Source: Azolla caroliniana (Eukaryota; Plantae; Polypodiophyta). From it: a stretch of DNA of 64,000 bases. Numbering within the stretch: position 1 is the first letter of the stretch; every line of letters starts with the position of its first letter. Position numbers and translations under genes: made by a program. The notes under the pieces are model-generated. The model had not been told where the DNA came from, made no database searches, and saw nothing but the letters and a program-made list of their open reading frames with translations. The DNA lies in assembly GCA_043228905.1 (NCBI GenBank), contig JBHGNT010000005.1, positions 19,902,001 to 19,966,000 on the forward strand, given 5' to 3'. Shown piece by piece: positions 36,601 to 50,326 of the stretch.

Positions 36601-38409
36601 GCAATTTTCACTCAACTTTTCATTGGATTCCTTTCAAAAGACCCAGTCAGGCTTTTATTTCTATTGACGGTAGGTCCAACAATAGTGTGCCTTATTTCTA
36701 TGGGTTTTATTAGACCTATCCCAACACATGACCTTGCGCTAGATGAACATAACCCACATGAGAAGCTGAATTTCTTTGTTTTCAATATCATTTGCCTCAC
36801 CCTTGCATTTTTCTTACTTCTAGCCACTCTTTTCGGTGATTTGATTCCACTTCCTCAGAGTTTCACAACAAAATTCATCACCACAATTATGCTTGTTCTC
36901 TTAGTATTGCCAGTTTATGTTCCCTTAAGAATGCTTGCCAATGTGTTTGTAGTAGATAGAGATGGGATGAAAATGCCTCTACTTCCTAATCATGTAGAAT
37001 CGTTACAATGGAAGAGTGAAGAAAAAGAAGAAGAAGAAGGATATTGGGAAATCGAAGAAGAAGGGCTAAGGGTTATAAATATTTCAGCCTCTGGTTCAAC
37101 CTCTGGCTCTGGCTCTGGTTCTGGCTCTTCGACCTTTCCATTTGAAGCTAAAACTAAAAATGAGAGAGAAGATGAGGATGAGGATAATAATGAGATTTTA
37201 TTAGCGGTAGCAGAGGGGGCGATTATGAAGAGGAAGAAAGGTCCTAGGAGAGGAGAGGATTTCGAACTTAATCAGGCAATGGTGAAGGCAGATTTTTGGT
37301 TGCTATTCTTCTCCTTCTTTTGTGGGGTTGGGACAGGTGTCACAGCCATCAATAACCTTGGGCAAATTGGTGCTGCCCAAGGTTATACTGATGTTACGAT
37401 GTTCGTTACTCTCTTTGGTGTCTTCAATTTTCTTGGGCGATTGGGCGGGGGTTCTGTTTCGGAATATTATATCAGGTGGACATTCTCTACGACATATTGC
37501 CCGCATTTGTGCAAGTCTTCTCTTGTTCACTTTGAATTTAAGTTAATTATATTGTTCCATACACAATTTCATGGTCCTTTTATTTTATAAATCACACTTT
37601 ACCATTTTCCTTGTTCTAGCAGTGCCACCGCCCTGCCATTTGAAAGTTTGATCACATTGTTTCATTCTGCCTGTTCTTTGCTTTCTCATTCTGGTCCTAT
37701 AGATATGCATTTGGTTATGTTTTGTATTTTACCCTCTGGACCCAATCTGTTTTTTTCGCCCATTCTCAGTGATGTTATATTTTGTAATAATATTTGTTTG
37801 GCCATCAGTTTTTCTCTTTGGATCCAAGTATTAAGGTTTTTGGTTATATTTTTTATTGTTTCATCCCTGCTTCAAAATGATACTTTTTCTGGTTATATTT
37901 TGCGCATAAGGTTATCGGCTACCCCAAGGCCAGTCTGGATGGGGGCTGCCCAAGCCCTTATGATCGTTGCTCATCTCCTCTTTGCATCAGCAGCAAGTGG
38001 GTCTCTTCTTGCTGCCTCTTCTATTTTGGGTTTTTGCTACGGTGTCCAATTCTCTGTCATGGTGCCCACAGCTTCAGAGCTCTTTGGGTTAAGACACTTC
38101 GGTATAATTTACAACGTCATTACGATGGCCGACCCTCTTGGTTCATTTCTCTTCTCTGGGATTCTAGCAGGCTATGTGTATGACTGGGAATCTGAGAAAC
38201 AATTGTCCATTCATGATGAAACTTGCACTGGCTCTCATTGCTTTAGGCTTACCTTTATCATATTGGCGGGTATTTGCTTGGTCGGCGTTATCCTATGTGC
38301 TATTTTAACATCTCGCATCAAGGTTGTTTATAAGGGTCTCTATGCTGGTTGTAATAACACCCCCAACAATGGTGTCTCTGTGGCACATTTAGTGAAGAAC
38401 CTTTCCTAG
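33615..38409 (+). CDS. Nodulin-like / NFD4-like major facilitator superfamily transporter (~668 aa); exons 33615-34109, 36463-37475, 37911-38409
   Basis: WVQAFAGNAYTF, LGVAKDFGENVG, RNFPNSRGTVVG, GPRRGEDF, NNLGQIG and SELFGLRHFG motifs; GT-AG introns give a 2007-nt frame; TATAAAT at 33482. Confidence 0.93.
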
Positions 38410-39045
38410 AGTTTGTAAATAGTTTTTAGTTCCATTGATTTTTCTCAGAGACAGGTCAGTGTATATGCATATATATAGCCCAATCAAGGGTTTTCATTTA
38501 ATGCCATTAGTGTTGCATGTCAGCATCAGCATCAGTGTGGGCATGGACTTGTGGTGAGCATATCAAAAGCATGGTCTTGTTATGACCATGGTTTGAAAGT
38601 CAGTTAGGAAGTTTTGTTTTAGCTTACATTTAAGAGAGAAGCTTCATACCTCAATTGAAGCTAGTGTATCAAACATGAGGTTTGATAAAAGCCAATAAGG
38701 TGGCTCTATGTCAGAAACATTAACTTTTACTTGATCACATCAACGATATGATGGTCTACATGAAGTCAATTGTAAATTCTCAATTATTTCATGTATGAAA
38801 ATTTTTGCACATTCTCTCGTTATCATTAAAACTTCGGTTAGAATTTTCATGACTTTAGTACTAATTTATTTTTCTGCATGCAGTTTGAATATTTTCTATC
38901 TTGATAAATATTACCAAATGTCACATTTAGATCTGAGAATTTTGATGATGTGAAGGGGAAATGTTTTAGATCGCATGCTTGAATATTTCTTCAACGGGTT
39001 TTTTTTTTTCAATAGCAATTTTTTTTTCGATAGCAAAAATTATGA

Positions 39046-39346
39046 AGGCGAGGCAGAGCAAGGAAAATATGTGATGAGTGTTTACATTATTATGTTGAAA
39101 AGGACATGATCAGCTATTGACATGCATCACTATGAAATGAAGCATCTCACATGGATCTTGTGCATGGTCATTCTTAGATCTTCTCTATTACGTTGAGGCG
39201 AGGGAGAGCAAGGAAAATATGTCATAAGTGTTTACATTATTATGTTGAAAAGGACATGATCAGCTATTGACATGCATCACTATGAAATGAAGCATCTCAC
39301 ATGGATCTTGTGCATGGTCATTCTTAGATCTTCTCTATTACGTTGA
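39046..39346. repeat. near-identical 150-bp tandem duplication
   Basis: AGGAAAATAT at 39061 and 39211; the following ~135 bp are almost identical. Confidence 0.92.
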
Positions 39347-39949
39347 TTTACCACTTTAGGTGTTCTCCATGAATATTGGCATGCATTTTGGTTCTTTTTT
39401 GTAATTTTTACACTGGATGGTGACTTCATTCATTATGGGTTATGCCGCAAACCAGAGAAAGAAAGGGATGTATGATTGTCTTTGCACCCTACTCTTGAAG
39501 CTTGACCAAGCCAAATGACATTGATTAGCCCTCCCTATCATTTGTGAAATGTTGGTGTACTCAGTAAAGAGGATTATATATGACTCAGTTGTGCTTGTGG
39601 GTTGGGGGAATTTAAATGAAGTTTTCCCCAATCCTGAACTCCTATTCTTTATCATCCAATTTGTTTACATCTGCAAATCTTGTTGCACCAACTTGTTCCT
39701 TCCGTCATCTTGGATGTTTAAGTCATAGAAGCACAATAAGATCTCGATGTTGCGTTGGTTGTGTCACTATTTCATTAGCACCCAAGACCATAACTTTGAT
39801 ATACCTAATGACTTGGAAGACCCAAAGATGATGCACTTGATATCTTTCGAGAACATAGGACCTTGTAAAAGTTTAGTCAACTGAGGACTAGGCAGTACGT
39901 GACTTAGGGTCTTGACACCCACCTAGTTTTCTATAATGAGATGAACTCA

Positions 39950-41064
39950 TGGATTGATTTTGGTGGCCTTGTGCAATTCCCACTTTGAGGCAAGAAGAAC
40001 ATGATCATATATTTGGTACAAAGGACACCACCCAAACCATCAAAAATTTAACCCTCCCACCTTGTCGATTAGGATTAGTTCATTGACATCTAGACAACTC
40101 CTTGATCTTCTCTCTAATTATATGAACAAAAAATTTATGTAAGCTAGAGAAATGAGTGTTTGATCTAACCTCAATAGAATTCCTTGAATATGTGGTGATT
40201 GGTCTTCCCTATGACCATCACCATAGAGGATACGAATATATTTACAAACCCAAGAGCGGAAGGCTCTAACCCACATGAAGGATGTTCAATTCTTGGGCTT
40301 CAAAAGCTTTGATCAAAGTTTCGTCTAGATTACTTGATAACTCTTTTTGATGGAGTTACATAGCCCAACTCACATTTGAGATCCCTAGAAAGCATTCGCC
40401 TTTGCCTTTATCCTCTCCAACCAAACCCTTTGTAGAACAACGCAAATGTATCCACTTTGCCCCTAGCGTAATCCTATTCCAACTGGGTGTCAGTGGTTCG
40501 CTTGCACTCTAGTTCCACAACATTACTCCTCCACAGATCAATTACATGATGCAAGATAAGGAGTTGACCACAATCATCTTTGCATATGAGAAACGAGTTC
40601 TTGTTTGGTGGTGGTTGTGGGTGGGGAAGCAACATTGTGTGAAGATGAACACTAAGCAAAAAAACCTTGTCAATTTTACCTTCATTACACCCTTAACTAT
40701 TGGCAAGATCATTGGTCAATCTTCTTAGCATATGACCACTTCAACTAGAGAATGAGGCATATGGCCCACAAGCTCAATCTTGACACCAAATGAAATCAAA
40801 ATCATTACAACCCCCCATTGTTGTTAGGTTGGACTACAACACAATCCCCATTCACAAAACTAACATCCCCACCCCACTCCTATTGGAAATTGATTCGAAT
40901 TAAAATGAACATGAAGTCAAAGACTTCTTGGATTCAAAAGGCTAAGCCATCCATTCTGATATTTAATATCAAGGAGGAGTTACTTGTTAGAGATTAATTT
41001 TAATGTAAGCATAAAATAAGGAAATAAATAAAAGATAGTAAAGAGAAAGAGAGAGAAGAAAGAG
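39950..41064 (+). mobile_element. highly degenerate gypsy (chromovirus-like) remnant
   Basis: Eroded RT/RH/chromodomain-like peptides (KDVQFLG, DKELTTII, EVKDFLDS); purine run 41041-41064 followed by TGTCA. Boundaries approximate. Confidence 0.45.
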
Positions 41065-42599
41065 TGTCAATCCATTTGATCACCCCTGGGCGAAGGGATG
41101 AAGACGTGAGCCTTGAACTGTGTCCCATACCACCACCATGGCATCGAGGCATACCTCATACTGGTGTACGCTTGCCATAAGAGTATGGTCGCCACAAGAT
41201 CATGGTCTCGATGTAGTCGAATAATGTCAAATGAGGATAGGTAGGCCTCATATTTATAGTTAGACCTAAGGCGCCTAGGCAAGTTCACGCTTAGCTCTTA
41301 AGAGTTGTTTCGATTCTTAGGATTAAAAGTAATCTTGCCTTCTCTACACTCTCGATTAACCCGCACACATTTATCCTCGTGTTTAGAATACTACAATACA
41401 AACTATAACGAACTCCAAAAGGTACTTCGGAACAAATGAGACATCTCAACAACATTGAGGATGTGATGCAAGAGTTTTATCCTCAACATTTGTCCAAGAA
41501 ACTTGCTCCTCTTGGAAGTCATCTCTAAAGGGGAAAGATAATGTTACAAACACCTAGTCGATTGTATGCTTATGAGAACATATACATCACATGGTTGGAT
41601 TGCACAATATATTTTGAGTTTCTTTACCTTTAGGGGGAAAACATATCATTACCTCTATTTTCTTATTATTTCACTTTTACTGGAAAACCTCAACGTTCTT
41701 TAAATAATAAAAACATAGCATGTTACACATTTAATAGAAAAACATAGGTCGTGCTCACACCTATGTAATGTACAAAAAGAAAGCCCCCTTCCACTAGTTT
41801 TAGATGTAAAATAATTTGTCTTTCTAATCAAAGTTTTATCACATGTCTCATTGCCCATCTGGGCCCCTTGCCCCCATTGTGTTTCTCTCGTTTCTTGTCT
41901 CTTTTTATTCGGTTTCTCAAATTCCACTCCAACGATTCCTCTTGCCCTAATCTATTCTTTCATTGATCCCATCTTTTGTATGTGCGCAAATCCTATTATC
42001 CATGACATTTATAGGTCATGCAAACATTTATGGGAAGGGCAATTAGGGCTACTCCTCCTTTCTTGAATCCTCCACATTGGCCAACCGTCCGGGAATTAAT
42101 TTTCCCTAGTTCTTGTATGTTAATAGTATCCATTTTCTTAGTGTTCAAAGTGCATAGTTCTCATAATCCTTTGTATATTCTATCATATACACAACAATGT
42201 GCACATAAATGTAAGAGAAAACTTTGAAATACCCAAGCATTCTAGAAATGCTAGTGGTCAAACACTAAAGGAGAGAAAAAGGGGATGAATTGACAACACA
42301 ATCGGTTAAGTAACACATTATAATTGGCCGAGAGAGATTGATCAAGTAATGACTTGGAAATAATGAGAATATAGGGACATTTGTGGGGGAAATGGAGGGC
42401 CATTTGGGGAAATAAAGAAAAACTTGGGTTGTATATTTTAGAGTTTTGACCCCTAGATATGACATGGTTTTAATGGTCAAAGTTGAGTTTCCACGATAAT
42501 AGGGAACTTAAAGTTTAGTAATAAAAAAGTCCATTTTTTTACAAAACAAAAAACTCCTTGCATTAGAGATAAAAGTTTACAGTTGTGAATGTTATATAC

Positions 42600-43130
42600 A
42601 TACCATTGACTGGGCTGAATAGTTCCATCTTATGGGAGGCCCATTGATTCAATAAAGGGAGAGGACAACCATTGCTGGATGAAGAGTAAGTGTTGTCATT
42701 CGGCTCCTTTGGATTTTCCTGTGATGCCATCGTATTGGCTCTTTAGCGTGCCTACAACTTCACTCCATATCTCTTGCAATAACGTCACCTTGGTGAACAG
42801 TTCGATTGGAGAAGACCCGCCTACAACACTGCTTCCAGATGGTCCATAGTGTTATTGGGCTAATCAATTCCATCACAACTTGATCTTTGGCATTGATGTG
42901 GGTTGAGTGAACATCATCGGCGGTGAAAAGCAAAATCTCCCATGCCTTTACCACCAATATTTGTTAGTTGGGGCCTCCCAGTAGTTATCCGATGTTCTTT
43001 CCTTCTACCGTGCCTGTACATTTCCCCACTTGATTGAGCTTTGCACCTTGCATAATTGCAATATTCAGCCAAACCCCCTCCATATTCGATGAGTCCCTGG
43101 GCAGTCACATAGAGTGTGTCAGAAAAGCCA
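42600..43130 (-). mobile_element. LINE 3'-end fragment
   Basis: ISPITLWTIWKQCCRRVFS resembles the W-x-IW-x-x-R-N motif at the end of plant LINE ORF2. Confidence 0.45.
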
Positions 43131-43449
43131 TTTTAATAGACGACACGTCTAATAACCCCAGATCATGGCATGCATTCAAATGGGGTTTCACATACGCTCA
43201 CCGATATTAACTCATACGCTCGTGATTGATGATTGGGGGGCAAATACATACATACATACATACATACATACATACACTCACAAACTTATCTCGAGAGAGC
43301 GATTCACCAGTAGAACATTGTGAAATTATCAACATTTTGACATCGGACACAAAAGCTTTTTTAACTTCCTCTTTTCTTTTCTTTTTTTTTCTCTTGGTTT
43401 CACATCATATGATTAGGAACCTAAAACTTTTTGACCTCAAAATTGAAGC

Positions 43450-43845
43450 TACCAAACAAATACATAAATAAATGAAAAAATAAATAAATCAACAAAGGCA
43501 TAATAAAAACTCTTAAGCAGAATAAACTAAAAAGAGCAAAAATTAAGAAACACAAAAAATAAATGAGTAAATGCTAATACTTATTACTACAATATGTACA
43601 TAATATCACTGCTGATATAATAATAACAATAATTCTACTAAGTAATAATAACTAAATAAATAAACAGGTATAAACAGGCAGACAAATAGATAAAAAATAA
43701 GCAAAAATAAATATAAAAATAAGCAAAAATAAGTAAAATAATAATAAAAAATAAATAAAAAATAAGCAAATTAAATATGTAAAGGAGCAAAATAATAAAT
43801 AAATAAGTAATTAATAAAAGTAAATAAATAAATAAATAAATAATG
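43450..43845. repeat. A-rich low-complexity tract upstream of the RPRD1-like 5' UTR
   Basis: Repeated AAATA/AAAAT units. Confidence 0.8.
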
Positions 43846-46045
43846 AGATATTGTAGGACAGGTAATAGCTGAAGATTAGGGTTTCTGTTTCTGCTGCTTC
43901 TGCTTCTGCTTCCTGTACCTGACAGGCCATGGCCACGCTCATTTCTTCTTCGTGCAGTCTCCCGTTTGCCCCATGCTCCTTCCATGGCCCCGCTGCTCAA
44001 CATTAGCCAAATCCCGCTCCATTCATCCGTCGCAATTCTCTTCCATTCTGACACAGGTACGGCTTCTTCTTCTTTCCTTCACCTTTTCTTTCAGCCGTGC
44101 GTTTCCTTCCTTCCCTAGTTTTAGGGTTTCTTTGCTTAGATTCGAAGAAAATAAGACTTAATATAATCCCCCTTTCACTGCATGAGCTCCAGTTTAGGGT
44201 CGGTTGGTTCATGTCTCTTTTAGTTATCAGCGTTTTGTTTTTCTTTCCTGTAGACCTTTGAACGTTGCCTTTGGAAAATCGTACATGATCTGGCATACTT
44301 TGCTTGTTCTGACGTAGATTAAGCTCCCCTCCATAGAAGTGAATGTAGCTGGAAATATGTTGTAAAAACTGAGAATCCTTCACGAGATGCAAAAATATGG
44401 TTCCAAAACAAAGATATATGTAACTGGAAATGTGCTCATATCCATGTGCATACACATATCTCAACAGTATGCAGAAATAGTTTAGGCTTTCCATACCGAC
44501 AATGAGAAGGTTGCTTGTTTTAGTGTGTCTCTTATAGACATTATCAGAAGCTTTGTGTAGGCAAGTAAAACTGTATTGTTAATCTTGTAACTGGTTCCAT
44601 TATGATTTGACCTATATCTGAAACATATCAGACTTTTAGGTCGTCACAGGGACAATCTTTACAAGTTTTCTATCTCTCAAAAGATAAGACGTATATATAC
44701 GCCCTCTTCTTATACTGTTTCCAGCCTGTTAACAGCTACAATGACCTACTTGTCGTTTTCTTGTAGTCATTTGTAGATTGTCATCTCAGTTGAAGTTTGC
44801 CACTGGTAATACAATGAATCGCAAAAATAAAAGAGAGAGAATTGTATTCTGCTAAGGTGGAATCGTGCTTAAACAGCTTGAAATCATACATAGTGTACTT
44901 CAATGTCTCTTATTCTGCAGCCAAACTGTATGTGAGCAGAGAGAGAAGGATAGACTAATTTCTTCAAAATAACTAAACATCTTACGAGGTCTAATTTGAA
45001 ATTACAACCGGAAATGTTGTCTCATGTGCGAAAACAAATGCAGAAACTAGTTATCATCTTAAAATAGTAGAAATTTGAAATTATACATTTAGCCGCTTGT
45101 CTTATTGAATGAAAGGTCAACAAAAAACCCCTCTCTCTTAACATGATTGCATATGGATAAATACACACAACGGGAAATGTTGTCTCATGTAGGAGAACAA
45201 ATGCAGAAAAGTGTGATCATCCTAAGGTAGTAGAACCTTGAAATTATACACTTAGCCATTCATCTTATGTAATGCTTGTAATGAAAAGGCTAAAAATGAA
45301 TATATGAATGTCAGCATAAAACTCCCTTCTTAATATTACATATACATCTCGCTCTCTCTCTCTCTCTCTATATATATATACACGCATATATTAGCACTAA
45401 TCAATTAATACATGTGAGTATTTGACTCTTAATTCTGACATAGTTTCAGTGTCTTCAATAATGTATAATTGGGTTTGGTTATTTGCAAAACACGAGATAC
45501 AAGGGAACCATCATGCATAGTCATGGAATGGGTGTAGGGATGTGAATTGCGCAGTGAAACAGTGAGAGGGGATGCCATAGGATTTAGCATTTATGTAAGT
45601 ATGAGGTGTGTGGTACATTATGAGGGAACCAAAAATGCAAAGTTCTCTAATACAAAGTTACTCTATGGAATTTGGTGACTCAATATGAGCAATAGATGCA
45701 TTGATATTCATGTGCATGGTGAACTTCTATCCCTGATGGCAGTGGTAACGGAAGGTGTCTGGTTTATAGGACGTGAGATGTGAAATAATGTTGCACTCGA
45801 TGTTCAGAATGCCTGAAGTACCATGATACCCCTCTTTTTATCTATCTTGTTGCTGTGCATTATGCTGTCATCAGTCCTTTTTTGGTTATTTTTGAATAAG
45901 TCTCAATGATATGGATATTAAATAATAATTTAATGGGTGATTATGCAATAAAGTTCGTTGCAATTTTATAATTGATAAGTCCTCATAGACATTTCGGTAA
46001 AATGGCAGGTGCTAATACCATAGGTCAAGCTCTAATTTGAGGAGG

Positions 46046-49000
46046 ATGAACAGCGCATTCAATAACCAGATTTTAGCTGAAAAGCTGAAGAAATTGAACA
46101 ATTCACAACAGAGTATTGAAAGTATCCTTGAATATAAGTAGAATTGTGAAGTGTTGCATTTGTTTGGATAACGAAATTCTAATTGCAAATCTGTATATGG
46201 TAAGTTTAGTACCTAGGTGGCATGATTTAGCTGAAAGGCTGAAATCAACCAATATTTGTACTGTCTTAAGAACCATCTCCAGGGTATCCTAATTGTTTTT
46301 AAATGTGTCAGGGGCCCAAAATAATCCATGGGATGCAATAAAATATATATAGACACTATAGGTTTTCTGCCTTTCAAAATGTATTTAATTTTCGTGAAAG
46401 GACAGCTTTATAATAACCTTTTCCTTGAATATCATGCACTAGGTTTTTTGCCAAAATACTGGTACCAGAATTTCATTTGGGTTTCTACTCATTTCACGAA
46501 TTTATTTGTCTTTGGAGACTTTGTTTTATGTATTCCTAGAATTGGATGTCCGAACTGTTACTTTGGTCTTATAGGGTACATATATGTGTATGTTTGCATA
46601 TGTCATTTGGTATGGAAATTTTATAGGTTTTTACATTCTGTACATGTCATGGTAGTTATTAAACCATTGATAACATAGAAAACATAATTGGTGTCCAAAT
46701 GTTGCTCTAGGGTTGAGAAAGTATGTTTTAAGAACCACTACATGATCAGAATACATAAGATGAAGGAAGCAATCTGTTTTGGTTAATGTACCCACAAACA
46801 GTATGTGGCAATACTTTCAATTGAACCCATATAGAATATGGAACAATTACATGGGCGTGTTATTTTTGGGGGGTGCTGAGAATTTGGAAGAAGCTGCGGC
46901 TCAACGTAGGATCTAAGGGTTGTCTGCAATGTTTTCTTGCTTTCTCACCCTCTCTCCCTTCCTTAAATCTCCTCACTCCCCCAATTTTGATAGATTTTCT
47001 ACATTTTCATTCTTATGAGAGGTTTTGGGTATTTATTAATATCAACTACTGTGGGGAATGCATTTTACAATCACTACTAAATGATAAGCAATAGGAATGC
47101 AAGTAACTCTATTCATTATATATCTTTCATGGATTTCGTTTGTCTTTGTACACTTGACATATAAATTAGCTCTTTCTCATTGGTGCATCTTTCACCGGAA
47201 AAAGGCACGCCTTGTGGTGGAGACATGGGATAAACAAGTTCGAGATGTTTCAAAGGAGCAACAAACTCCTTTACTATACCTTGCAAATGACATTCTACAA
47301 AACAGCAGACGTAGGGGTGGGGAGTTCGTCACTGAATTTTGGAGGATTCTTCCTGGAACTTTGAAGGATGTGATGGAAAAGGGTGATGAACGTGTGCACA
47401 CAGTTGTTTTCCGATTGGTAATTTCTGTTCCACCAGCCTTTATATTAAACTGATCTTAAAGTAAAGTTCCATCAAATTAATGGCACTGTTCCTGTTGCAG
47501 GTTGACATTTGGGATGAACGAAAAGTCTTCGGATCAAGAGCAAGAACATTAAGGGAAGAATTACTAGGAGATGATCCTCCGGCTGATTTACCCGAGCAGC
47601 GTGTTAAACCAAGTCATACAATTAGAATTGTAATAATATTTTCTCTATACCTTTTCTGCCTTATATTTTATGCAAAATATGGTCTAAAGTGTTTGCTGTA
47701 ACTTGTCCTTGTAATAACACTGTTTTCGAGCATGCAGAAAGTTCCAATGGGAGGTATTCAGGAAAAGTTGACATCAGCTTATCGATCTGTTAGTGATGTT
47801 ATATCGGATGAAGATGCAACACTGGGTAGATGTAATGCTGCAGTGATTAGGATTGAAGGGTTGGAAAAGGAAGCAACTACTTCTAAAAGCTCCTGTAAGT
47901 AAAAATAAGCAGATATTGCTGTTTTTGCTGAATTACAGAATGTCTTTACATGAACATGAGTAGTCCTTCAAGGAAGGGAGTTGGTAGATATGCTATTGTT
48001 TGTCAAATTACTTTCGGGGAAAAATGTTTACTAGTTATGATTGTAGTTTGGTGTCATTGATATTCACCTGCACATGTTTTCGATGCCCATATAATTATAT
48101 GAAGCAAATAGATGGACATACATATTTGAACTTTAACATGGAGAATACTGAAGTTTTACAACATTGGTTCTACATATGTTGGGTATGATACTAGCGGGTG
48201 TCTTTTCAAAGACATGTTTTTGGCTACAATGCATGGTGTACTGAATACAATTTTTATATTTTTGTAAAACATGAGGGCTACTATATTTACGTAACAACTG
48301 GCAGAATTCTTGTTTGAAAGTCGTGAAAGTAGTAGATCATAATTTACTCTCCTTGTGCTCTAGACATTGGATTCATTTCCATGCACCATGTCTGGCAAAG
48401 AACTAATTTGTGTCTATAGTTTTCACTTTATGTTGAGTTGATTACATTGAATAATTTAATAGTTTTTTATTGGAAGTGCATAACCATTATGGCTCAGAAT
48501 CTGGTTAATATGATGATTTTGCTCAATTGGTATGGCAGGGGAATCTCAGGATATTACCACATTAGCAGACGAATTGCAGGAGCAGCAGAATGTTCTTATT
48601 CATGGTGTTGAGCAGCTAGAGATGTGTGAGCTGGCTCGTGCAGCGCTAGTTTCACATTTAAAAGAAGCATTGCGAGAACAGGTAAATGTTTCAAACATTT
48701 CATCTCCAGGCACTAGATCAATATGGCTCAGAGTTGGTGCATAATGTGACCAGAAACTAACAAAGTTTTAGGCTTGCCCAAAGGACATTTCTTAAAGTAG
48801 GCGATGTAGCTATTTTTCTTCATGAATATTAGGAATTTGTTTTGACTTCTTCTTTTTGTTATGTATCCATGTAATGGTTATACCTTTCTCACTCTACTAA
48901 ACTTGATTTATTCTTTTGTTCTATCATATAGTATTGTCTTTGCTTTATTAATTCCTCCCGCCTCTGCTCTATCTATTCAATTCCACACATACTACGTGAA

Positions 49001-50326
49001 ATTGTTTCTCTGTGGTCCCTTAGTCGTATTTGATGTCCAAGGATGATAATATAATCTATCTGCCTATATCTTACTAATCTTTACGACAGACATATGAAAC
49101 ATTGTTTTTCTTGGTTATTTGGACACATGACAAAGAACTGATAAATAAGAGCAATACTTCTTTCAAAAAATTTGGTACAGGAAAGCAAGCTCGAGCTCAT
49201 CCGGACGCAACTACAGGTTATATATCCTTCACTTTTGAAAAGCTCATGTCTAACTCACTAATTTTAAATCTCATTTTTGTGGAAAGTAACTTATGAAAAG
49301 CACTAAAAAGTAATAATGGTAGGCATTAAGCAAGATTTTTTGCTAATGTTAAAATCTCATGTTTGTGGAAAGTAATTTATGGAAAGCAATAAAGCTAGAC
49401 TGGACTTTGAGTTTGTGGAAAATAATTATGACAGACATTAAGCAAGATTTTATAATTTTCAGACTGCCCGAACTCGAGCTGATCGTTCTGGAAAATTACG
49501 TCAACAACTGTTAGCCAATAATGGTGCTAGCAGCTCTGAAGTGGATAAAGGGCCTAAAGATAAAGAGCAAGGAACTGATACTCTTGGAGGTTCTGTTTCA
49601 TGGCCTGCAGTTCCTTTTGTTGAAAGTGTACCTTCAATGCCTGATGAAACTACCACTAAGACTCCAAAGAGTGCACCTTCTGTTGCAGCTGAGGTAGCTG
49701 CCAAACTGGCAGCATCAGCCTCTTCAGCTCAGATGCTGAAATCAGTGTTATCCTCTTTTGTTGCCGGAGAAGCATCATCAAATTCACATCCTGAGAGTGC
49801 GCCCCCCATGGAAACGCCTCCTAGCAATAATACCATAGGCTTCAATCCTGAGAAAAGGCAAAGATTAAATGGACAAAATGAACATGGTCAAGTTAATGAA
49901 GGAAGCCCTAATTCATATCCTCAGCATTCAGCTCCTATGCAGCTGCCACCACGGCAGAGTAATATGACTATGGGGATGCCACACCTTACAGATCCTTCAC
50001 TACATGCACCTTCAACACAACAAACATCTTTGAATACACAACAAGCTCAGATTCCAACACAATCTCATCTTCCTCAGCCTCAACAACAATATGGTGGCCA
50101 GGGCTCCAATGTGCATGTTCCGGGGTTTGGTTATGCGCCGGTTGCTCCAAACCCGCCTTTACCACCCTCGATGATGCAGAGACAATTTGTCGTTGGTGTG
50201 CCACCTATTATGCCTATGCAATCGCCGCAAAACCAGAATCCAGGACAACCTTTCCAAGCCATGCAACCACCACCTGTTGGATACTATAGCCAACATCTAT
50301 TGCCAGCCCATCTTCCACGGCAATAA
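46046..50326 (+). CDS. RPRD1-like CID (RNA Pol II CTD-interacting domain) protein (~550 aa); exons 46046-46121, 47170-47417, 47501-47629, 47738-47894, 48539-48681, 49181-49216, 49463-50326
   Basis: KLKKLNNSQQSIETLSHWCIFHR, LYLANDILQNSR, VDIWDERKVFG, AAEVAAKLAASASSAQML and a Pro/Gln-rich tail; splice phases give 1653 nt. Probable 5' UTR exon ~43880-44057. Confidence 0.92.
46122..47169 (+). other. U12-type (minor spliceosome) GT-AG intron
   Basis: 5' site GTATCCTT; branch-like CACTTGAC at 47151-47158, ~11 nt before the AG; no pyrimidine tract between branch and AG. Confidence 0.8.

Noticed and set aside
37476-37910. Open frames running into MFS intron 2 (ORF ends 37590; ORF starts 37648)
   Set aside because: Canonical splice sites restore the conserved protein; the extensions are T-rich intron read-through.
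43638-44494. Minus-strand ORFs of 138 and 163 aa
   Set aside because: Derived from an A-rich tract and from the 5' UTR/intron of the RPRD1-like gene.
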